Source: Bdellovibrio sp. (GTDB lineage: Bacteria > Bdellovibrionota > Bdellovibrionia > Bdellovibrionales > Bdellovibrionaceae). Taken from it: 32,430 bases of DNA. Below the pieces are notes generated by a model. The model was given only the letters and a program-made list of their open reading frames with translations. It had not been told where the DNA came from and made no database searches. The stretch spans positions 1 to 32,430 of the forward strand of contig JAYUCD010000266.1 of NCBI GenBank assembly GCA_043740515.1, written 5' to 3'. A program made the translations under genes and the position numbers. Of this stretch, positions 25,533 through 32,430 are shown piece by piece. Position 1 is the first letter of the stretch, and every line of letters starts with the position of its first letter.

Positions 25533-26852
25533 ATGAATTCTGTTTTCAATTTGTTCAACGGGCAAGTTATCGCTGAAGTGCCGACGTCAACTACGTTGGA
25601 TTTTGTTCGCGCATTGCAACCGGGTAAAATAGCGCAAGGACAGTGGTCTGAAACAAGCCTGCAAGATCGATCTAAAATTTTGCGACAAATCGAATCCGAA
25701 ATAAAAGCCCAAGCCCAAGCTCTCGCGCAAGATTTGGCGCGCAGCCAGGGGCTCTCCTTGGAGTTTGTTCAGCAGAACGAAATTGAACCGGCGATACGTG
25801 CCTTCTCGGCAGCAGCCAGCACCGAGCCGCTTTCCGGCCAGATTCCAAAAGCCACCGGACTGATTGGTTTTCTAGGACCTGAATTTCAGAGCTTTCGTTT
25901 TTTAGCAGAAAGAATTTCAGCAGCCTTGATGGCAGGCAATGGAATTTTCATCGGATCCAAAATCGAGAACGCAATCGCTTGCCAGTGGATCAAAAAGATT
26001 TGTCAGCCACTTCCAGCCAATTTGTTAAATATTTTTCACAGCACTGAAAATGAAGACACAAATTTATTCGAGGTGATCACTGCTCACCCGTCCATAGCGG
26101 GTGTTTGCGCCATGGGATTTCCAAAGCAAGCTGAAAAAATTTTGAAGGACACTTCGGGCGCATGGAAAAAGCTGCAAATCATATCTGGATATCATAACTC
26201 GGCATTGATCAGCAGTGAGGCAAATCTGAAAGAAGCGGCTCAAGCCTTGGTGGAAAGCTGTTTCACAGGTATGGGACAACTTCATAGTAGTGTTTCAAAT
26301 ATTTTAGTCACAGAAGCAATGCTCGAATCCTTTCAGGGTGAATTCGTCTCGGCTTTGGCTAATCAGCAATTTGCCAAGAGCGAAGAGGACAATTCAGGAT
26401 TTGGTCCGATGAGAATATCGGATCAAGATCGAATCGAGACTCTTTGGAAAACCATCCGCTCCGAGAATGGAAAAGTTATTTTTGGTGGAGATATTCGTTC
26501 TTCAAAAACTTTGCAGGTTCAGCCTCTGGTTGTCCAAGACATGAGCCATTGTTCCGTCCTCCAGCAAGATTGCTTGGCGGCGCCCGTGGTGTTGATCTCT
26601 CCCGTCAAGTACGTGCATGAGATGTTCAAGTGGAGCAATACTTCCTATTATGGAATGCTAGCGCAAGTCCTTGGTCCTGAAGAAAAAATACAAAAATTTG
26701 CAAGCAAGCTTGAGGTCAGTCGAATTGTCGGTGCAAATGGATTGTCGCCTTTGGAGGCTTTGCCTTTGGGAATCAAGCAGTCCTTTTCAGGAAATCCTGA
26801 TCTGCATCCCTTCGGAAGTTTCTTTTCCGATCTACGAAAAATTGACAGTTGA
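25533..26852 (+). CDS. Aldehyde dehydrogenase-superfamily protein, catalytic residues apparently replaced
   Basis: Length and motif order follow the ALDH fold (..NGQVIAEVP.., AALMAGNG, HPSIAGV, a GQ-x motif, and PLGIKQSFSG near the C-terminus). However, PWNFP becomes GPEFQS, ELGGK becomes IISGY and GQxC becomes GQLH. I prefer the ATG at 25533 over the TTG at 25497. Confidence 0.72.
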   Translation: MNSVFNLFNGQVIAEVPTSTTLDFVRALQPGKIAQGQWSETSLQDRSKILRQIESEIKAQAQALAQDLARSQGLSLEFVQQNEIEPAIRAFSAAASTEPLSGQIPKATGLIGFLGPEFQSFRFLAERISAALMAGNGIFIGSKIENAIACQWIKKICQPLPANLLNIFHSTENEDTNLFEVITAHPSIAGVCAMGFPKQAEKILKDTSGAWKKLQIISGYHNSALISSEANLKEAAQALVESCFTGMGQLHSSVSNILVTEAMLESFQGEFVSALANQQFAKSEEDNSGFGPMRISDQDRIETLWKTIRSENGKVIFGGDIRSSKTLQVQPLVVQDMSHCSVLQQDCLAAPVVLISPVKYVHEMFKWSNTSYYGMLAQVLGPEEKIQKFASKLEVSRIVGANGLSPLEALPLGIKQSFSGNPDLHPFGSFFSDLRKIDS

Positions 26853-26898
26853 GGATCAAAAATCTGACGGAGAGTGAAATCTTTGGCGGAATTATTTT

Positions 26899-27105
26899 CT
26901 AATTGACGATGTAGTTCTTGGCTCTTGTTCGCATGTCGCAATGAGGGCAGTAGGCTTCTTCTTTGATTTCGCCGACCTCCAGAGCTTGGATGTGGCGCAG
27001 CTCCAGCACGCTCGAGCAGAGAACGCAATTGTTGTGGGCGTTGATAAATTCTCGGTGATTCTTCGTTTCAACGCGTTCAAAATACTGCACTTTGCCCAGT
27101 TCCAT
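26899..27105 (-). CDS. Small zinc-ribbon protein (CxxC...CxxC), hypothetical
   Basis: 68 aa with NNCVLCSS and YCPHCDM about 22 residues apart. The ATG at 27105 is preceded by AAGGGG with a 7-nt spacer. It lies 85 nt downstream of the XRE gene on the same strand. The competing ORFs (26892-27143, 26941-27168) look less protein-like. Confidence 0.45.
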   Translation of the reverse strand: MELGKVQYFERVETKNHREFINAHNNCVLCSSVLELRHIQALEVGEIKEEAYCPHCDMRTRAKNYIVN

Positions 27106-27190
27106 TTGCTGACCCCTTGTCGTGATAACAAAGGATATTGCAAATCAGAGACACAGGCCGAGGTCTAGGCAACGACCTTGGATCTGTAAT

Positions 27191-27439
27191 TTAAGCGCAG
27201 AGAAATTTTTGCAGCTGATTTTTTTTCTCTTCAAGCAAGATATCAATCACTTCGTCTTTTTGAAGTGCATAGATTCCAATAAATGCTTTCAAAGATTTCA
27301 CCGGGACTCGCGAAACTCCGCGCTCGATGTTGGAAATAAATTGGGGGGAGCCGTAACCCAGTTGGGTTGCGACTTGCGCCTGAGTCAGACCAATCGTTTC
27401 ACGTTTTTCTCGCAAAAAAACACCCATTTGCTTAACCAT
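27191..27439 (-). CDS. XRE-family helix-turn-helix transcriptional regulator
   Basis: LREKRETIGLTQAQVATQLGYGSPQFISNIERG is a classical Cro/C1-type HTH. 82 aa. Confidence 0.8.
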   Translation of the reverse strand: MVKQMGVFLREKRETIGLTQAQVATQLGYGSPQFISNIERGVSRVPVKSLKAFIGIYALQKDEVIDILLEEKKNQLQKFLCA

Positions 27440-27559
27440 AACACCCTTACCTCTGTCTAAGATTCAGCTCTCTTGCTGTTTTGTTTACTAAAGTGTAATG
27501 GTCGTGATGGGCGAAATGTTTCGTGATTTCCTCAAGATCCTGAAATCAGGATATTTTTT

Positions 27560-28663
27560 TTAATTGCTGGTCAGTTGCTCGTAATTGGTCATCAAACTTT
27601 CTTCGGATTGATGCTTCTGAAATCCCAATTCAATCAACTGAGTAATCAGGTTTTGATATGAAACGCCACTGGCTTCCCACATTTTGGGATACATACTGAT
27701 CTTGGTAAAACCGGGAATGGTATTGATTTCATTCAAGAATGCTTTGCCATCAGTTTTCAGAAAAAAATCAACTCGGCTCAAGCCATCGCAGCCTAGGACG
27801 CGAAAAGCTTGGCAAGCGAGCTTCTGGATTTGCGCCAATTCGGGAGCGCTGATCTTGGCTGGAATTTGCAAGGATGCGCCATTGGCATCCAGGTATTTGG
27901 CTTCGTATGAGTAAAATTCGTGGGTGGGTGTGACTTCTCCAGCTGTCGAAGCACGAGGATTGTGATTCAAGCCCAAGACTGAACATTCGATTTCGCGACC
28001 CTGAACAAATTCTTCAGCCAAAACTTTGTGGTCGTAAAGAAAGGCGTCCTTGAGCGAAGTCGCAAAATCCGCTTTGGATTTGATCTTATGGACTCCTACG
28101 GATGAGCCAGCGTTGGCCGGTTTGATGAAGAAAGGCAGACCCAAGTCATGACTCAAAGATTCGAAAGTCTGCGGCGCCTTCGAGTGAATAAGAATGTATT
28201 TAGCGGTGGGAATCTGAGCCTCAATCAGCAGGCGCTTCATGACTTCTTTGTCCATTCCGACAGATGAGCCGAGTACTCCGCAGCCAACAAAAGGCAGATT
28301 CACCATTTTGAACAGGCCTTGAATGCAGCCATCTTCGCCGAAACTTCCATGCAAAACGGGAAAGGCGATATCAACAGTCGAAGTCTTTTTACTTTCCAAA
28401 CTGAAAATTTGAGTTTTTCCCTTCATGCAGATCAAAGAAACAGGATCGGCTTGAGAAGGAAGCTTGTTATCCGACAGAAATTTAATCTTATCAAAAACCG
28501 AAGTATCAGAAAACTGATACCAAGTTCCCTGCTTGCTGATGCCCAATAAAATCAATTCGAACTTGCTCAGATCCAAAGCGGCTGCCACGTTTTTCGCCGA
28601 GAGGACCGAGATTTCGTGTTCAGCTGAGCGGCCGCCAAATAAGATTGCTACTTTTTTTTTCAT
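27560..28663 (-). CDS. ddl: D-alanine--D-alanine ligase
   Basis: [47 protein letters not shown] and [10 protein letters not shown]. The GAGG SD lies 6 nt before the ATG at 28663. The ORF-track start at 28681 is a TTG adjoining the elbB stop. Confidence 0.92.
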   Translation of the reverse strand: MKKKVAILFGGRSAEHEISVLSAKNVAAALDLSKFELILLGISKQGTWYQFSDTSVFDKIKFLSDNKLPSQADPVSLICMKGKTQIFSLESKKTSTVDIAFPVLHGSFGEDGCIQGLFKMVNLPFVGCGVLGSSVGMDKEVMKRLLIEAQIPTAKYILIHSKAPQTFESLSHDLGLPFFIKPANAGSSVGVHKIKSKADFATSLKDAFLYDHKVLAEEFVQGREIECSVLGLNHNPRASTAGEVTPTHEFYSYEAKYLDANGASLQIPAKISAPELAQIQKLACQAFRVLGCDGLSRVDFFLKTDGKAFLNEINTIPGFTKISMYPKMWEASGVSYQNLITQLIELGFQKHQSEESLMTNYEQLTSN

Positions 28664-28681
28664 CGAAGACCTCATTTTCAA

Positions 28682-29365
28682 TTATGCCATTTCAATAAAT
28701 TCTTTGACCAGGCCAGAAATTCCTTGGAATACTTCGTGAGGTTTTGCTGGCAGCATATAAGCCGGAGTCGTTACCACTTTTTGGGCTCGGTCGGTGATAA
28801 AGTCAGTCACAGGACACTCCACATGCTGAGCTCCGGTTTTCTGAATTTCTCTGATTGTTTTTGGATCTTTTCCGATCGTCAATTCAACGGCAAAGGATCC
28901 GAGAACTCGAGCGATCAATGTGGGTGCAATGCAGACGGCGGCGATGGGTTTGCTCGCCTGATGAAAACTTCGGATTGCTTTTTCAACTTCGGGCATCACC
29001 TGACAGCGAGCTCCAGCCTCTTTCCAATTGCACAGGTGAAGAACGGCACCACTGCCGCCAGGAAATACCAAACCATCATATCCATCGGGCACCAAAGTCT
29101 TGAGGTCTTGAATCTGACTGCGAGCAATGCGCGCCGACTCTTGCAGCAAGTTTCTTTTTTCCTGGTAAGTGGAGCCATCGATAAAATTTTGCGCGTCAAA
29201 TTCAAGATTCGGAGCAAAGAAAGATATTTCAGCACCTGCCGTAGAAAGGGCAATGATCAAACTCACTGCCTCGGTGATTTCGCTGCCATCCTTGTTGCCG
29301 CAACCCGCGAGAAGCATGACGATTTTTTTTTGTTTTCGCTGATTCGACATTTGAGGCGTCCTCAT
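28682..29365 (-). CDS. elbB: DJ-1/PfpI-superfamily glyoxalase ElbB-like
   Basis: KKIVMLLAGCGNKDGSEITEAVSLIIALSTAGAEISFFAPN and VFPGGSGA..., IAAVCIAP parallel my recollection of E. coli ElbB. Confidence 0.82.
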   Translation of the reverse strand: MRTPQMSNQRKQKKIVMLLAGCGNKDGSEITEAVSLIIALSTAGAEISFFAPNLEFDAQNFIDGSTYQEKRNLLQESARIARSQIQDLKTLVPDGYDGLVFPGGSGAVLHLCNWKEAGARCQVMPEVEKAIRSFHQASKPIAAVCIAPTLIARVLGSFAVELTIGKDPKTIREIQKTGAQHVECPVTDFITDRAQKVVTTPAYMLPAKPHEVFQGISGLVKEFIEMA

Positions 29366-29385
29366 GATTTGAGGACTTCAGCTTA

Positions 29386-30222
29386 TTAGGTTCCGAATAG
29401 AAAGTCTCGCATTTCCGAACATTGCTTCACCGGCACGCTTTGCTTTTGATTGCCATTGGTGATCTCAATCCAGGTCTGAGTGCAAAATTGAACCTGGTTA
29501 CTGAGGTACATTTCCTCAGGAATCGCCCAATCACTGATATAAGTCGGCACATCCGGGCTGTAAATAATCGAAAATTTGGTTTTGGTACCGCGCTCTTCGT
29601 CTTCCCAGATCACGCGGTCAAAGCTGACTTTCAAATAGCGCAATCCATTTCGACAGAGTGAGCCGATGCATGCGCCGTCTTTCAAAATGCCTTCTTCCTG
29701 AACGAGATTGTGATACGTAATTTTTGTGGGCACAGAGGCATCTGCTTTGGCTAATGACGAAAGAGAAAGTGGAGCCGAAAACTTTTGAACCTCGCCGAGG
29801 CTTGCCACTGTGCCAGACTGCGGTGCTGTCGCGGGCACAGCTTTTTGGTAAGCTAAATTATAAGTTTGAACCGAAGACTTGGAGGTGCCGTTCGGGAAAT
29901 ACTCTCGCAAGGTGACTCGGAAACTCCAATTGACCGCAGTCGGTTGGTCGGCAGCCGTAAGAACTTCGTCTAATCTTTGAGCCAAGACAGTGATTCCTTG
30001 AGTGTCGATCACTTGCGTGAAATCAATCGACACAAACTGACCTTTTTTAATCGTCAGGGGCGCCACCGGAGTGCTTTGTGAAACTGCTTTGTTGATTTGT
30101 GTGAGGCTGACGGTTGGGCCATAATCGGGTTTGGTTTCTGGCTTCTTCATGCAACCCAAAAATCCAAAAACTAAAATCGGAATCAGGATCGCCAGACCAG
30201 TGAGTAAAATGACCTTTTTCAT
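29386..30222 (-). CDS. Probable lipoprotein, function unknown
   Basis: The ATG at 30222 gives MKKVILLTGLAILIPILVFGFLGC, a signal peptide with an FLGC lipobox-like site. ATGA overlap with the upstream GNAT gene stop. Confidence 0.65.
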   Translation of the reverse strand: MKKVILLTGLAILIPILVFGFLGCMKKPETKPDYGPTVSLTQINKAVSQSTPVAPLTIKKGQFVSIDFTQVIDTQGITVLAQRLDEVLTAADQPTAVNWSFRVTLREYFPNGTSKSSVQTYNLAYQKAVPATAPQSGTVASLGEVQKFSAPLSLSSLAKADASVPTKITYHNLVQEEGILKDGACIGSLCRNGLRYLKVSFDRVIWEDEERGTKTKFSIIYSPDVPTYISDWAIPEEMYLSNQVQFCTQTWIEITNGNQKQSVPVKQCSEMRDFLFGT

Positions 30223-31322
30223 ATGGAATCCCATCCCCAAACCCAAATTGGCAATGGCAAAAATTGCGAAAGCTTAGCCTGAGTTTCTGGCTTAAGATGT
30301 GGAATATCGACCGCAGGTCCAAACAGAATTCTAACTAGGGCTCGGTCATCCGAAATAGAAATAATATCGTCACTCAATCCCATGAAGACTTCGCCACTTC
30401 GGCGCTCGAGCACAAAGTCATTCATGCCTAAAGATCTCGCGGCCCGTTTGATTTTTTGAAAGATTTGATCGTGAGAAATCAATTTGATCATTCCAAGAAA
30501 ACCTTGATTGGCCACAACTCCATCAATATTTTTCAATTTTTGAATCAAGTTGATGGAATGGCTCGGGGAAATCACAGTGATCGGCGTCTGCTTGTCTTTG
30601 CGAATGAAACTCAAGAGGGAAAGCAGATGAGAAACCCCGCCGCCCCATTCGTGAATATATCCTGTTAGATCTGCACCTTTGCCTTCAATAGCGTAGGCTA
30701 CGAGCTGATTGTTCTGATCCCAGGCCGAGTATGCCACGGTCTGAGGAATCTGTAAAAATTTGCGAATATCTTCGGAGGTGCGCACCGAAGTGACGCTGTG
30801 CTGAGAATAAAGTCGTGAAATGGACTCGGCAGAAATTTGCGGAGTTTTCAAAAATTTCAGAGCTTGTGTTTGGGGTGTTGAAAACTCCTTGTCGATGACG
30901 AATGACATCTCCGTTCCAGCTAACTCGAAATCCATTTTTTGATAAAACTCGTAAAGATCAGTCCAGAGCATGGCAACATCACATTCTTGCCGTTGCGCCT
31001 CGAGCAGGCATTCGTCCAAAACTTTTCGGCTCAAGCCTAGATTGCGATGTTGGCTATCCGTCACAACACTTCCAATCGCCGCAACCTTGAGAACAATCAT
31101 CGGTGTGCGAATGATCAAAGGCTTCAGTACTGCATGCGATAATACTTTTTTCTCATCGGTGATGATGCGAATGTTATGCAAATTGGATTGGCTCAGGGCC
31201 GTTGGGTATTCACTAGCAAGGCACCAATTGGCGGTGGGGCGCAGCTCCTGATTCAAAAATTTTAAAACTTGAGGATACTCAGTTTCCCTAGGGGAGCGAG
31301 GACCTTCCATGATCACCTCCAA
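30219..31322 (-). CDS. GNAT-family N-acetyltransferase (large, Eis-like architecture)
   Basis: The motif A region is VVTDSQHRNLGLSRKVLDECL (Q/RxxGxG/A type). The roughly 230 further residues are compatible with a second GNAT-like/SCP2-like extension. The acceptor is unknown. Confidence 0.72.
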   Translation of the reverse strand: MEVIMEGPRSPRETEYPQVLKFLNQELRPTANWCLASEYPTALSQSNLHNIRIITDEKKVLSHAVLKPLIIRTPMIVLKVAAIGSVVTDSQHRNLGLSRKVLDECLLEAQRQECDVAMLWTDLYEFYQKMDFELAGTEMSFVIDKEFSTPQTQALKFLKTPQISAESISRLYSQHSVTSVRTSEDIRKFLQIPQTVAYSAWDQNNQLVAYAIEGKGADLTGYIHEWGGGVSHLLSLLSFIRKDKQTPITVISPSHSINLIQKLKNIDGVVANQGFLGMIKLISHDQIFQKIKRAARSLGMNDFVLERRSGEVFMGLSDDIISISDDRALVRILFGPAVDIPHLKPETQAKLSQFLPLPIWVWGWDSI

Positions 31323-31447
31323 GCTTTATTTTAACTGCAGTCAGCCAGTCGGCTCAGGCCAGATCCTTGATCTCTATGGAATCTCGACCCATGTCTGGAC
31401 AAGGCTTTGCAAAAAAGCTATAGTTCATCACTCTGAAGGAGACTGAA

Positions 31448-31687
31448 ATGGCTGATCTGGAGCAAAAGTGGAAAGATAATGTCGCGGGCAAAGTTTTCGT
31501 CGACCAGACCTGCATCGCCTGTGACGCCTGCGTCCTCAGCGCTCCGAACAATTTCAAAATGCACGAGGAAGACGGTCATGCCTTTGTCTCCAAGCAACCG
31601 GAAAATCCAGAAGAAGAAGCTGCCTGCAAAGAAGCAATGGAAGGCTGTCCCGTCGAAGCTATCGGCGACACCGGCGCTAAAGCCTAA
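31448..31687 (+). CDS. Small single-cluster [3Fe-4S]/[4Fe-4S] ferredoxin
   Basis: VFVDQTCIACDACV ... EGCPVEAI (CxxCxxC...CP). GAAGGAG lies 7 nt upstream of the ATG. Confidence 0.85.
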   Translation: MADLEQKWKDNVAGKVFVDQTCIACDACVLSAPNNFKMHEEDGHAFVSKQPENPEEEAACKEAMEGCPVEAIGDTGAKA

Positions 31688-31760
31688 AGCAAAGCAAACA
31701 AAGCCTCCGACCTCGTCGAAGGTCCGTTCTCGAAAGGCGTCAACTCCAGAAACTCTATCT

Positions 31761-32430
31761 TTGCTCAAAAGATATTACCCAGACGCCCATTGTGAATTGA
31801 ATTTTGAAACTCCATTTCAATTGCTCATTGCAACCATTCTCTCAGCCCAATGCACTGACGTTCGAGTCAACAAGGTCACGCCTCATTTATTTGCGCAATA
31901 TCCCTCTCCTTTTGAGATGGCCAAAGCCGATCCAGAAAATTTAGAAGAGCTGATTCGCTCAACAAACTTTTATAAAAATAAAGCTAAAAGTTTAAAAAAA
32001 TGCAGTGAAGTGCTCGTTGAAAAATACCAAGGCCAAGTCCCAGAAAACCTGGAGGCACTCGTCGAACTGGCGGGAGTCGGTCGAAAGACCGCCAATGTGG
32101 TCCTGGGAAATGCATTCAATATCATCAGCGGAATTGTGGTTGATACTCATGTTACACGTCTCTCGAATCGTTTAGGATGGACCAAGACCGAGAATGCTGT
32201 GTTGATTGAGAAGGATTTGCAGAAATTCATTCCGCGAGAAGATTGGATATTAATCTCACATTGGTTGATTTCGCACGGTCGCAGCGTTTGCAAAGCTCGC
32301 AAACCGGCTTGCCAGGTCTGTTTTCTCTTTGACCCGCCTTGGTGTTTTTCAATGAATGCCTGCAGCGAGTCGGCCGCTTTCTTGCGCACCAGCGATTTGA
32401 GCGGACCAAACCAGCCGAGCATCGCGCCGA
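31761..32430 (+). CDS. nth: Endonuclease III (DNA glycosylase/AP lyase), 3' end not reached in window, 5' start uncertain
   Basis: It is absent from the ORF track because there is no in-frame stop before base 32430. The translation reads (..TPETLSLLKRYYPDAHC)ELNFETPFQLLIATILSAQCTDVRVN, LAGVGRKTANVVL, VDTHVTRL, HWLISHGRSVCKARKPACQVC (HhH-GPD plus an FeS cluster loop). The only canonical starts are TTG 31761, or ATG 31578 inside the ferredoxin gene. Confidence 0.85.
   Translation, partial: MLKRYYPDAHCELNFETPFQLLIATILSAQCTDVRVNKVTPHLFAQYPSPFEMAKADPENLEELIRSTNFYKNKAKSLKKCSEVLVEKYQGQVPENLEALVELAGVGRKTANVVLGNAFNIISGIVVDTHVTRLSNRLGWTKTENAVLIEKDLQKFIPREDWILISHWLISHGRSVCKARKPACQVCFLFDPPWCFSMNACSESAAFLRTSDLSGPNQPSIAP

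Noticed and set aside
27122-27460. 112-aa plus-strand ORF
   Set aside because: It is antisense to the XRE HTH gene, which has a textbook HTH motif.
27537-27561. Inverted repeat ATCCTGA/TCAGGAT followed by T8 on the plus strand, at the ddl stop
   Set aside because: The effective stem is only about 5-6 AT-rich bp. The T-run is on the plus strand, where no gene needs terminating, and on the ddl strand the hairpin is followed by CTTGAGG. This is too weak to call a terminator.
27498-27563. 21-codon plus-strand mini-ORF ([21 protein letters not shown]) between the XRE gene and ddl
   Set aside because: It has no SD and no conservation evidence, and its end merely coincides with the ddl stop region.
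28652-28660. A9 homopolymer right after the ddl start codon, and a similar A9 in elbB at 29323-29331, as possible phase-variation tracts
   Set aside because: They encode ordinary N-terminal Lys runs (MKKK, QKKI). T7-T9 runs are frequent throughout the window, and essential genes such as ddl are unlikely contingency loci.
28724-29389. 221-aa plus-strand ORF
   Set aside because: It is entirely antisense to the well-supported elbB gene and has no recognisable motifs.
31418-31768. 116-aa minus-strand ORF
   Set aside because: It is antisense to the ferredoxin gene and the nth 5' region, and its composition is not protein-like.
1-32430. Scan for CRISPR repeats, IS/transposase, integrase, phage or toxin-type defence genes
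   Set aside because: I found no regularly spaced direct repeats and no recombinase-like ORFs. Every long ORF is accounted for by a housekeeping or hypothetical gene. RmuC here is a lone housekeeping-type copy.

Overview
This is a gene-dense bacterial chromosomal segment of about 40 protein-coding genes, with GC in the mid-40s percent by eye. Many genes have 1-13 nt start/stop overlaps. I found no rRNA, tRNA, CRISPR array, transposase or integrase. All calls rest on motifs read by eye from the translations, because no searches could be run.

Content in order:
- The 3' end of a GGYPGGF-repeat glycine-rich protein, followed by a clear terminator.
- A YtcJ-like amidohydrolase.
- A minus-strand cassette of an Flp pilin, TadE/TadG-like pseudopilins and a short CpaB-like protein, with no ATPase, secretin or prepilin peptidase in the window.
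- A histone-H1-like AKP-repeat protein.
- folD, a PaO-type Rieske oxygenase, a secreted protein and rlmI.
- A coiled-coil protein.
- An extended menaquinone neighbourhood: YkgJ-type Cys-cluster protein, menB, (rmuC on the opposite strand), menA-menC-menE, (a second YkgJ paralog and a hotdog thioesterase on the opposite strand), polyprenyl-diphosphate synthase, a second divergent UbiA/MenA-like prenyltransferase, rsmJ and a membrane protein.
- A PP2C phosphatase, citrate synthase, a pseudo-receiver-PilZ protein, a HIT protein and an NPPY methyltransferase.
- A roughly 300-nt intergenic region with GC-rich hairpins.
- An aldehyde-dehydrogenase-fold protein that appears to lack the catalytic Cys, Glu and Asn.
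- A small zinc-ribbon ORF and an XRE regulator.
- ddl, elbB, a lipoprotein, a GNAT acetyltransferase, a ferredoxin and nth. The nth gene is missing from the ORF track because it runs off the window.

The region looks like core genome, perhaps from a Bdellovibrio-like lineage (weak inference). I see no clear-cut new defence or mobile system.

The items most worth follow-up:
- the two YkgJ paralogs and the second UbiA paralog tied to the men genes;
- the catalytically degenerate ALDH-like gene with its structured upstream region;
- the orphan Flp/pseudopilin cassette with nested overlapping ORFs.
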